The position numbers and the translations under genes are program-made. 64,000 nucleotides of DNA from Eledone cirrhosa (lineage: Eukaryota), in NCBI GenBank assembly GCA_964016885.1, contig OZ024741.1:278256001-278320000 (forward strand). Reading direction: 5' to 3'. Positions 1 through 11,343 of the stretch are shown piece by piece. The notes under the pieces were generated by a model. The model was not told where the DNA came from, ran no database searches, and saw only the letters and a program-made list of their open reading frames with translations. How positions within the stretch are numbered: position 1 is the first letter of the stretch; each line of letters starts with the position of its first letter.

Positions 1-250
1 ACTAATATGAAAAGGAAACAGTTGGTCGAATCCTGGTATTTAGTTATCTTCCTCTCCTCTGCATTGTATGCAGCAGTGTTCAGGTTTGTGTCTGAAGTGA
101 CACGGTTAGATTCGGAGAATATGTCACAGCACATGGTGTCCCAGATTAGAGATTTATGTCTCTTGAATGGGAAGAGGGTAATCCTTTCTGGGCACTTACC
201 TTCACCATGGTTGAGGCTGACACACTCCAGTTGTAATGGGAACCTGGCTA
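1..250 (-). mobile_element. Degraded fragment of a CRE-like non-LTR retrotransposon restriction-like endonuclease
   Basis: Minus-strand translation FPLQLECVSLNHGEGKCPERITLFPFKRHKSLIWDTMCCDIFSES...AAYNAEERKITKY resembles the RLE pattern EPxGLxRxDGKRPDGxTLxPxxxGKxLxWD...AE.RK..KY. Confidence 0.6.
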
Positions 251-454
251 TTTACATTTAAGTTATTTGTCCCTTTAAAATCCATTGTGTCAAGGAAATG
301 AGTTTTGTGATAGAATATCTAATGTACTTTCTTAATTCTTAAACATAAATTTGTAGAACCTTAAAGAAGTTATAATGTCATTAATGTTTTGTAGTTAGAG
401 ATTATATCACTGTATTATGACGTAAATATTAAATTATTTTATGTAATTAAATAG

Positions 455-817
455 GTCAGGTTAGGCTTCTGCCTGCTACTGGTACCATGTAACCCAGTAC
501 AACCTGCTTCATGGTCGAGTGGTCTGCGACTAAACCAGCTCCCCTACCAGACCAGTGTCTGGCGAGGAAGGAAAGAGGAACCCAGCAGCACAAATAACAA
601 GAGCTGTTAAAAGGGCGCACAAACTCCTCATATTCAACGGCCATCCATCCTAATTATGGGTTAAATAGCCTCTCCAACCCACAATTGGCCAAGCATGGTG
701 AGTACGGCTACACTCCTGACATAACCAAAATGAAACAGAAGGTGATGGAGGTCAACCAAGGAGGGGTTCCTCCAACCAGAGTGAGAAGGCCCTAGATTAG
801 TTTGGATTAGATTAGAA
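455..817 (+). mobile_element. Interspersed retroposon 3' end or SINE-like repeat with (GATTA)n-like tail
   Basis: Diverged second copy at ~32015-32331 (cccagtacaac..gcttcatggtc..ggccaagcatggtgagtac..gtgagaagg); ends in tagattag/ggattagattag. Confidence 0.55.
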
Positions 818-851
818 TTAAACATTGTGCATGTATCTATCTATTCTTCAG

Positions 852-1061
852 CTTCCTGTAATAACAAACTTACATAACCCTGCTATGAGAGGTCGACACT
901 GGGATCAAATGCAGAAAATCCTTGGCTTCCCTATTACACCAGAGGAACCATTAAGTTTAGGAAAACTCATTGACTGGGACTCTTTTCAATATTTAACGGA
1001 AATTCAAGACATATCTAGTCAAGCAAGTTCAGAAAACAGTCTTGAAATCATTCTAAAGAAA
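852..1061 (+). CDS. DNAH6: Axonemal dynein heavy chain exon (LPVITNLHNPAMRGRHW...SLEIILKK)
   Basis: ttcag acceptor and gtaagt donor; 210 nt; DHC linker motif LxNPAxRxRHW; phase 0 joins the exon at 28508. Confidence 0.85.
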
Positions 1062-1952
1062 GTAAGTGCTATTTTTTAACAACAGAATTTCTGCTCACTG
1101 TTTATTCAAAGAAAGGAAAATTCAGTTAATTCATGTGTTTTACTTTTCCATCTCTTTAATCTCAACAATTTTGTTTTTCTTTCTACACCATTTTGTTTCT
1201 TCATTAACACATTCTAGTTTAACTGACAATCTTTCTTTGCTTTCTCAGTTGCTTCATCCTTTTTATTTTGAGTAGGGTTTGTGTCATTAGCTTAATCAAA
1301 TGTTTAAAAGCTATTTTCTCTGCTAAAGCAAGGGTTTGCCAAGCAAACCCTATGAGAGGCTTCATGGTCACCATGGGGTCCTTTTTGAGGTAATATTTTA
1401 CTATTAGATAGATGTCCTTCCTAGTGCCAACCCTTTAGCCACTTCTTACAGTATGCAGGGCAACTGCTGGTCTTCCACAAAGAACCTTGCCCATACTTTG
1501 GGCACACACACACGTCACTACCACTACCAGACACACACACACATTCAAGTTCAAGTGGTGCTTTTTGTCGTGTCACCAACATGACCATTTTACCAAGTGG
1601 ACCTGGTGCTTTTTGATGTGCCCTCAACATGACCACCTTATGTGGGTATGGTGTGGCGTGCGGTGGCCGGGGGCGGGGGGGGGGAGTGCTCGACCGGAAG
1701 GGATCTTTGACCGGAAGGATGCTCGACCGGAAGGGCCAGGAGAGGACCTCTCTCTAGTGGTGACCAGCATACGGTGAGGACGCGTTTTGGGCAGCTCCCG
1801 GTTTTAAGCAGTCGGACGCACGTGGAAGAGGAGTACCTGCAGCGGAATTTAGCGGCGCCTGTGAAAAGCGGTAAGTGAGATAGCTTTTTCTAACCACAAG
1901 CTATTTCGGCGACTGAAAAAAAGAAAACACTTGCCGCAAAACAAATCAGAAG

Positions 1953-2474
1953 ATGGCGACAAGACTACGGATGAACGAAGCTATCAGGCCATTCACCGGG
2001 GAAGGTGATGTTGTCGCTTGGCTGCGGAAGGTTCGGCTGGTCGCAAGCTTGCAGAAGATAGAGGACGTGGCCGGCCTCATGGCATTGTACCTCGAGGGTG
2101 ACGCATTGGTACTCTTCCTTGAGTTGGACGAGCACAGCCAAAGAGATGTGCAGAAGATTGAGAGGCGTCTGATGGATGCATTCGCCGAGGGACCGTTGGC
2201 GGCTTTTGCTAAGCTGGCGAGAATCAGGTGGAATGGTGAGCGCGTCGACATTTTCGCAGCGGAAATAAGGCGGTTGGCTATGTTGGCGGGCTACCAGGCA
2301 GAATGCGAACGCACGGTGCGGTTGGCATTCATCAATGGATTTCCAGACGACATAGCGGTGAAACTGCAGCAAGTCCCGGGGTACAAGGAGATGGAAATGC
2401 GTTCACTGGTGGAACAAGCCCGGATCATAGCGGAAGATGCCAAAAAGAGTGTCGCGGCGATAGCGACTACGTAG
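1953..2474 (+). pseudogene. gag: Gypsy gag with premature TAG; frame continues to a decayed Zn knuckle (CFRRQGPHMSRD)
   Basis: IRPFTGEGDVVAWLRKV...LYLEGDAL capsid-like sequence; in-frame continuation after the stop at 2472-2474. Confidence 0.75.
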
Positions 2475-2599
2475 GCTCAGGACACCTGGCAGCGAAATGG
2501 TCAAAGGGAGGCAACCTCGGCACGCGGCCGTTCGCGAGAATTTAAGGGCCGCTGTTTTAGGCGTCAGGGGCCGCATATGTCAAGAGACGAGCGGGAGGG

Positions 2600-4144
2600 G
2601 TGACTTGGAGTGACAGAGTGGGAGAGAGAACGGTGGCCATGATGCAGGAGATCGTGGGGAGGGTGAAGGCCGACGACCCAGTGCGGGGACGCTGGTATGT
2701 TCCCAAATCACGGAGCGGGACCATATGGTGTGATGCCAGCAGCATAGCGCTGGGTGTCACGTTGGAGATAGGAGGTGTTGAGGTCGAGGATGCAGCCTGG
2801 CTTAGAAAGAAGGACGACTGCAGCCACATCAATGTGGCCGAGCTGGACGCGGTGTTGAGAGGGGTGAACCTCGCCCTGCGGTGGGGGCTGCGCACCATCG
2901 AGATACGCACCGACTCGGCTACCGTACTCGGATGGGTAAGATCAGTGCTCACCAGTGAGAAGAGAGTGCGAACGAGAGGCGCGGCGGAGATGCTGATAAA
3001 GCGCCGCCTGGGAACGTTAGGAGAGCTGGCCACCGAGTTCAACCTGAAGCTGAGTGTAGTGTTCGTGCCTTCAGAGAAAAATAGGACGGACATCTTAACT
3101 AGAGTGAAGAAAGCCTGGATGGAAGCGCCGGAGGAGGTAGAGGATGAGATAGCTGCCATGTGCTGGCTGACCGAGTTAGACCTGAAGGGGTTGCATGATA
3201 TGCACCACATGGGGGTGGATAGGAGCCTGTTCCTAGCCAGGAGAATCAACTCGGACGTTAGCAGACACAGTGTTCGGGGGGTCGTTAGAGGCTGCGTCCG
3301 ATGTCAGTCCATTGATCCTGCCCCGGGTGTACACGAAACGGGAAGCCTCCCGGTGGATCGCGACTGGAAGCGATTAGCAGTGGATGTGACGCACTACCGG
3401 CAGGGAACGTACCTCTCGATGGTCGACTGTGGACCAGGTCGAGTGGCGATATGGAGGGAGATGAAGACCGGAACGGCCGAGGAAATCGTGCAGACGTTGA
3501 GAGAGGTGTTCTTGGAGCGGGGCCCTGTGGATGAACTGCTGATGGACAACAGCGCAGCGTTCCGCTCGGAGGCACTGAGGGGGATGCTCGAGGGATGGAA
3601 GGTGGACCGTTTCTTCAGAGCGGCGCACAGGCCGAGCGGGAATGGAATCGTGGAGCGACACCACCGGACGATCAAGGCAATGGCGGAGCGGGGCCATATC
3701 TCACCAATGGAGGCAGTGTTCTGGTACAATATGTCCCCTCGGGTTGGACAGGTCGAGGAATCGGTGCCACACAGAGCAGTATTCAAATACGAGTGGCGGC
3801 ACCCGTGCACGCCACCACAACGGCCAGTGGGGAGAGAGAGTGCATTCGTGCAGGTGGGCGAAGAAGTCTGGGTTAAGCCCCCAGATGCACGGTGCACATC
3901 TCAATGGGGAAGGGGAACGGTGACGGCCGTAAATTCAAAGAACAATGTGTCCGTGGACGGGGTACCACGTCATGTCCTGGATGTAAGAAGAATCACTGTA
4001 TCGACGGACTCCGAGGAAGAGGAGACCCAAGATGAGGTGGAAACCCAGAACCCTGCCCCAATACTACGAAGATCGCAACGAAGTCGTAGACCACCGACCT
4101 GGACGGCAGACTTTCATATGCAGAGGGACGAGGGGGGACATTGA
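2600..4144 (+). CDS. pol: Gypsy pol C-terminal part: RNase H + DDE integrase (open frame, no RT or protease)
   Basis: RNase H WCDASS / AELDA / RTDS; integrase HHCC (HDMHH..CVRC), D (LAVDVT), D (MDNS), E (GNGIVERHHRT). Confidence 0.85.
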   Translation: MTWSDRVGERTVAMMQEIVGRVKADDPVRGRWYVPKSRSGTIWCDASSIALGVTLEIGGVEVEDAAWLRKKDDCSHINVAELDAVLRGVNLALRWGLRTIEIRTDSATVLGWVRSVLTSEKRVRTRGAAEMLIKRRLGTLGELATEFNLKLSVVFVPSEKNRTDILTRVKKAWMEAPEEVEDEIAAMCWLTELDLKGLHDMHHMGVDRSLFLARRINSDVSRHSVRGVVRGCVRCQSIDPAPGVHETGSLPVDRDWKRLAVDVTHYRQGTYLSMVDCGPGRVAIWREMKTGTAEEIVQTLREVFLERGPVDELLMDNSAAFRSEALRGMLEGWKVDRFFRAAHRPSGNGIVERHHRTIKAMAERGHISPMEAVFWYNMSPRVGQVEESVPHRAVFKYEWRHPCTPPQRPVGRESAFVQVGEEVWVKPPDARCTSQWGRGTVTAVNSKNNVSVDGVPRHVLDVRRITVSTDSEEEETQDEVETQNPAPILRRSQRSRRPPTWTADFHMQRDEGGH

Positions 4145-7100
4145 TCCTTGAGATAAGGGGGGCGTGTGGGTATGGTGTGGCGTGCGGTGGCCGGGGGCGG
4201 GGGGGGGGAGTGCTCGACCGGAAGGGGTTTTTGAGTGCTCGACCGGAAGGGGTCTTTGACCGGAAGGATGCTCGACCGGAAGGGCCAGGAGAGGGCCTCT
4301 CTCTAGTGGTGACCAGCATACGGTGAGGACACGTTTTGGGGCATCCCGGTTTTAAGCAGTCGGACGCACGTGGAAGAGGAGTACCTGCAGCGGAATTTAG
4401 CGGCGCCTGTGAAAAGCGGTAAGTGAGATAGCTTTTTCTAACTACACCTTACATGGTGGACTGGTGCTTTTTGTTGTGTCACCAACACAACCACATTACA
4501 GGATGGACTGGGTGCTTTTGGTCGTGTCACTAACACAATCACCTTACAGGGTGGACTGGATGCTTTTTTTGTCCTGTCACCAACATGACCATTTTACTGG
4601 GTGGAACAGATGTTTTTGTCCTGTCACCAATATGTCCACTTCACAGGGTGGACTCAGTGGTTTTTGTTGTGTCACCAACACGATCATCTTACAGGATGGA
4701 CCGAGTGCTTTTTGTCGTATCACCAACATGATCTTCTTACAGGGCGGACTTGATGCTTTTTACCACATCACCAGCACGACCATCTTACAGGGTGGACTTA
4801 GTGCTTTTTGTTATATCACCAACATGACCACCATACAGGGTGGACAGAGTGCTTTTTGTTGTATCACCAACACGACCACCTTACAGGGTGGATTTGCTGC
4901 TTTGGTTTTCAGGCACCCAGGTCATATTCCTCTTTTTGTGGTCCTAGGTTTCTTCCATTCTTCCTCCATTTTGAATTGCCATCGACTAATTTTTTCATCA
5001 TTACAGTTTTAATTAAAACAATTATAGTTGGTTATATTGGTATTTTATTTGATATATATACAATATACACTATAGTTGGGTATATTGGTATTTTATTTGA
5101 TATATATACAATATACACTATAGTTGGGTATATTGGTATTTCATTTGATATATATATATATATACACTATAGTTGGATATATTGGTATTTTATTTGATAT
5201 ATATACAATATACACTATAGTTGGGTATATTGGTATTTTATTTGATATATATACAATATACACTATAGTTGGGTATATTGGTATTTGATATATATACAAT
5301 ATACACTATAGTTGGATATATTGGTATTTTATTTGATATATATACAATATACACTATAGTTGGGTATATTGGTATTTTATTTGATATATATACAATATAC
5401 ACTATAGTTGGATATATTGGTATTTTATTTGATATATATACAATATACACTATAGTTGGGTATATTGGTATTTCATTTGATATATATACAATATACACTA
5501 TAGTTGGGTATATTGGTATTTTATTTGATATATATACAATATACACTATAGTTGGGTATATTGGTATTTTATTTGATATATATACAATATACACTATAGT
5601 TGGGTATATTGGTATTTGATATATATACAATATACACTATAGTTGGATATATTGGTATTTTATTTGATATATATACAATATACACTATAGTTGGATATAT
5701 TGGTATTTCATTTGATATATATACAATATACACTATAGTTGGATATATTGGTATTTTATTTGATATATATACAATATACACTATAGTTGGTTATATTGGT
5801 ATTTTATTTGATATATATACAATATACACTATAGTTGGATATATTGGTATTTTATTTGATATATATACAATATACACTATAGTTGGATATATTGGTATTT
5901 CATTTGATATATATATATATATACACTATAGTTGGATATATTGGTATTTTATTTGATATATATACAATATACACTATAGTTGGATATATTGGTATTTCAT
6001 TTGATATATATACAATATACACTATAGTTGGATATATTGGTATTTTATTTGATATATATATATATATACACTATAGTTGGATATATTGGTATTTTATTTG
6101 ATATATATACAATATACACTATAGTTGGGTATATTGGTATTTCATTTGATATATATACAATATACACTATAGTTGGATATATTGGTATTTTATTTGATAT
6201 ATATACAATATACACTATAGTTGGATATATTGGTATTTTATTTGATATATATACAATATACACTATAGTTGGATATATTGGTATTTCATTTGATATATAT
6301 ACAATATACACTATAGTTGGATATATTGGTATTTTATTTGATATATATACAATATACACTATAGTTGGATATATTGGTATTTGATATATATACAATATAC
6401 ACTATAGTTGGTTATATTGGTATTTTATTTGATATATATACAATATACACTATAGTTGGATATATTGGTATTTTATTTGATATATATACAATATACACTA
6501 TAGTTGGATATATTGGTATTTCATTTGATATATATACAATATACACTATAGTTGGATATATTGGTATTTTATTTGATATATATACAATATACACTATAGT
6601 TGGATATATTGGTATTTTATTTGATATATATATATATACACTATAGTTGGGTATGTTGGTATTTTATTTGATATATATATATATACACTATAGTTGGGTA
6701 TATTGGTATTTGATATATATACAATATACACTATAGTGGGGTATATTGGTATTTTATTTGATATATATATATATACACTATAGTTGGGTATATTGGTATT
6801 TGATATATATACAATATACACTATAGTTGGGTATATTGGTATTTTATTTGATATATATACAATATACACTATAGTTGGATATATTGGTATTTTATTTGAT
6901 ATATATACAATATACACTATAGTTGGGTATATTGGTATTTTATTTGATATATATACAATATACACTATAGTTGGATATATTGGTATTTTATTTGATATTT
7001 ATACAATATACACTATAGTTGGATATATTGGTATTTTATTTGATATATATACAATATACACTATAGTTGGGTATATTGGTATTTGATATATATACAATAT

Positions 7101-7812
7101 ACACTATAGTTGGATATATTGGTATTTTATTTGATATATATACAATATACACTATAGTTGGATATATTGGTATTTCATTTGATATATATACAATATACAC
7201 TATAGTTGGATATATTGGTATTTTATTTGATATATATACAATATACACTATAGTTGGTTATATTGGTATTTTATTTGATATATATACAATATACACTATA
7301 GTTGGATATATTGGTATTTTATTTGATATATATACAATATACACTATAGTTGGATATATTGGTATTTCATTTGATATATATATATATATACACTATAGTT
7401 GGATATATTGGTATTTTATTTGATATATATACAATATACACTATAGTTGGATATATTGGTATTTCATTTGATATATATACAATATACACTATAGTTGGAT
7501 ATATTGGTATTTGATATATATACAATATACACTATAGTTGGTTATATTGGTATTTTATTTGATAGAAATACAATATACACTATAGTTGGATATATTGGTA
7601 TTTTATTTGATATATATACAATATACACTATAGTTGGATATATTGGTATTTCATTTGATATATATACAATATACACTATAGTTGGATATATTGGTATTTT
7701 ATTTGATATATATACAATATACACTATAGTTGGATATATTGGTATTTTATTTGATATATATATATATACACTATAGTTGGGTATGTTGGTATTTTATTTG
7801 ATATATATATAT

Positions 7813-9878
7813 CTCCCCCATGTCGACCCAATAGAGGGACCAGCAGTGTTAGTCGAGGGGAGTATAATAAGTAAGGCAATCAAGGATATGAAGACAGGTA
7901 AGGCGGCTGGGCCTTCGGAAATAGTTGCTGAGATGCTGAAGGCATCTGGCACGGTGGGACACACCATGGTCACCCGCATAGTTAACCAAGTCGTACAGAA
8001 TGGGGCTGTTCCGAAGGACTGGCATAGCAGCATCATCGTTAACTGTTATAAGGGTAAAGGAGACGCCCTAGATAGGAGTAACTATAGAGGCATTAAATTA
8101 ATCGACCAGGTCATGAAGGTCACAGAAAAAGTAATAGCGCAACTAATCAGAGAGAGAATTGACCTAGATGAAATGCAGTTCGGGTTTGTGTCAGGCAAAA
8201 GTACCACAGACGCTCTTTTCATAGTACGACAACTACAGGAGAAGTACCTAGCTAAAGGTAAACCCCTCTACTTAGCTTTTGTCGACTTGGAGAAAGCCTT
8301 CGACAGAGTCCCCCGCTCCATTATCTGGTGGGCTCTTAGAAAACTAGGCGTTGACGAATGGCTTGTGAGGGCTATACAAGCCATGTATAAAGAAACAGTC
8401 AGCAAGGTTAGAATTAACAACGAATATAGTGAAGAGTTTAGCGTAAAAGTTGGCGTCCATCAGGGCTCTGTTCTCAGCCCCCTACTATTTATTATTGCCC
8501 TTCAGGCTATAACAGAGGAGTTCAAGACAGGCTGCCCATGGGAACTCCTATACGCAGACGACCTGACACTCATAGCGGAATCAATGGCCGAGCTAGAGAA
8601 GAAATTCCAAACATGGAAGCACGGCCTAGAGTCAAAAGGACTTAAAATTAACCTGGCTAAGACCAAAGTTCTAGTTTGTAGGAAAGAAAACAAGGCGGCG
8701 GTCCCTTCTGGGAAATGGTCGTGCTCGGTGTGTAGGAAAGGCGTAGGTAGAAACTCCATTTTGTGTCCTAAATGCAAAGTATGGGTGCATAAAAGATGTA
8801 GTGGGATCACAGGTAAGCTAACTAAGAACATAGATTTTACATGTGGCCGGTGTTCTGGTGCAATAAGTAGCAGCAAGTGCCCACACAATACTAGCTCTTT
8901 CAATTGCGCAGAGGGTTCTATAGAAATAGTGGACAGCTTCCGTTACCTGGGCGATAAAATCAGCAGTGGGGGAGGGTGCTCTGAAAGTACTGTAGCTAGA
9001 GTCAGAACTGGTTGGAAAAAGTTCAGAGAGCTTATACCACTATTAGCTGCTAAAGGGTTCTCCCTAAAAATGAAAGGCAGGTTGTACGATGCCTGCATAC
9101 GAACAGCAATGTTGCATGGCAGTGAGACCTGGGCATTGTGTGCAGAGGATATACGCAGACTAGAGAGGAACGAAGCTTGCATGCTCCGCTGGATGTGTAA
9201 CAGTAATATACGTGAACGGCAAAGCATAAACGAACTAAGGAAAAAATTAGAGATAAGAGGGATCAGATGTTGTTTACTCGAGAGAAGGCTACGTTGGTTT
9301 GGACACGTGATGCGCATGAAAGTCGATAGCTGTATAACAAAGTGCAGGGCAATAAAGATAGACGGTAGCCACGGAATAGGCAGACCTAGAAAAACCTGGG
9401 ACGAGCTGATAAACTCCGACCTCACACACTTACACCTCTCCAAGACAATGTCACTGGACCGAGACCTTTGGCGGTACTCAGTAACAGAGAAGACCCGCCT
9501 TGCCAGTAGGCATCTCTAACAAAATACACCCCGTCCCACCACCACCACCCCCACCCCATCCACACCACCCCGTCCTATGTAAAGTTATGTTGGTGCCGCG
9601 CCATCCGGGCCGAAACAAATGAGATCGTGTAGGTGTCACGACAAAAAAACACACAGTCCACGCTGTAATGTGGCCGTGTAGGCAACACGGTAAAAACCTC
9701 CCAGACCCACACTGTAAATGTGGTTGGTGTTAGGAAGGGCATCCAACTGTAGAAAACCTGCCAGACAGTCCTATGCGAGCAAGACAATCACTCTTGCCTC
9801 AAGTGGGACTACCCCCGTCCAAACCCATGCAAGCGTGGAACACGGACGTTAAACGTTGATGATGATGATGATGATGAT
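7813..9878 (+). mobile_element. 5'-truncated RTE-clade LINE copy A (open RT + PHD frame to 9519, 3' UTR, (GAT)n tail)
   Basis: RT motifs FVDLEKAFD, GVHQGSVLSP, YADD; C-terminal LHGSETW/RRLRWFGHV/GRPRKTW; tail gatgatgat joins satellite atatacactatag. Confidence 0.93.
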
Positions 9879-11343
9879 ATATACACTATAGTTGGGTATA
9901 TTGGTATTTGATATATATACAATATACACTATAGTGGGGTATATTGGTATTTTATTTGATATATATATATATACACTATAGTTGGGTATATTGGTATTTG
10001 ATACATATACAATATACACTATAGTTGGGTATATTGGTATTTTATTTGATATATATACAATATACACTATAGTTGGATATATTGGTATTTTATTTGATAT
10101 ATATACAATATACACTATAGTTGGGTATATTGGTATTTTATTTGATAGATATACAATATACACTATAGTTGGATATATTGGTATTTTATTTGATATTTAT
10201 ACAATATACACTATAGTTGGATATATTGGTATTTTATTTGATATATATACAATATACACTATAGTTGGATATATTGGTATTTTATTTGATATATATACAT
10301 ATACACTATAGTTGGATATATTGGTATTTTATTTGATATATATACATATACACTATAGTTGGATATATTGGTATTTTATTTGATATATATATATATATAT
10401 ACACTATAGTTGGATATATTGGTATTTTATTTGATATATATACAATATACACTATAGTTGGGTCTGTTGGTATTTTATTTGATATATATACAATATACAC
10501 TATAGTTGGTTATATTGGTATTTCATGTGATATATATACAATATACACTATAGTTGGGTATATTGGTATTTTATTTGATATATATACAATATACACTATA
10601 GTTGGTTATATTGGTATTTCATGTGATATATATACAATATACACTATAGTTGGGTATATTGGTATTTTATTTGATATATATATACAATATACACTATAGT
10701 TGGGTATATTGGTATTTTATTTGATATATATACAATATACACTATAGTTGGGTATATTGGTATTTTATTTGATATATATATATATACACTATAGTTGAGT
10801 ATATTGGTATTTTATTTGATATATATACAATATACACTATAGTTGGGTATATTGGTATTTTATTTGATATATATACAATATACACTATAGTTGGGTATAT
10901 TGGTATTTCATTTGATATATATATATATACACTATAGTTGAGTATATTGGTATTTCATTTGATATATATACAATATACACTATAGTTGGGTATATTGGTA
11001 TTTTATTTGATATATATACAATATACACTATAGTTGGTTATATTGGTATTTCATGTGATATATATACAATATACACTATAGTTGGGTATATTGGTATTTT
11101 ATTTGATATATATACAATATACACTATAGTTGGGTATATTGGTATTTCATTTGATATATATATATATACACTATAGTTGAGTATATTGGTATTTCATTTG
11201 ATATATATACAATATACACTATAGTTGGGTATATTGGTATTTTATTTGATATATATACAATATACACTATAGTGGGATATATTGGTATTTGATATATATA
11301 CAATATACACTATAGTTGGGTATATTGGTATTTTATTTGATAT

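Larger units (their letters stand above)
1641..4446 (+). mobile_element. Internally deleted Ty3/Gypsy LTR retrotransposon (gag, RNase H, integrase; protease and RT missing)
   Basis: LTRs 1641-1898 and 4165-4446 (TGT...ACA); 5-bp TSD CCTTA (1636-1640, 4447-4451); polypurine tract gagataaggggggcg before the 3' LTR. Confidence 0.92.
1557..4893 (-). repeat. 48-bp GC-richer minisatellite (tgctttttgtcgtgtcaccaacatgaccaccttacagggtggactggg), interrupted by the LTR element
   Basis: ~2 units before 1641 and ~9 after 4446; reverse complement matches the internal repeat of the RTE LINE/SINE 3' UTR; another array at ~44410-44795. Confidence 0.75.

Noticed and set aside
1870-1876. Consensus splice donor G|GTAAGT in both LTRs, sense to the host gene
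   Set aside because: No sequence evidence of use; would need RNA data
11282-11343. Satellite-encoded N-terminus fused in frame to the 848-aa LINE ORF (also 7777 and 18109)
   Set aside because: Non-ATG start inside the satellite; a chance in-frame junction of a 5'-truncated element lacking most of the endonuclease
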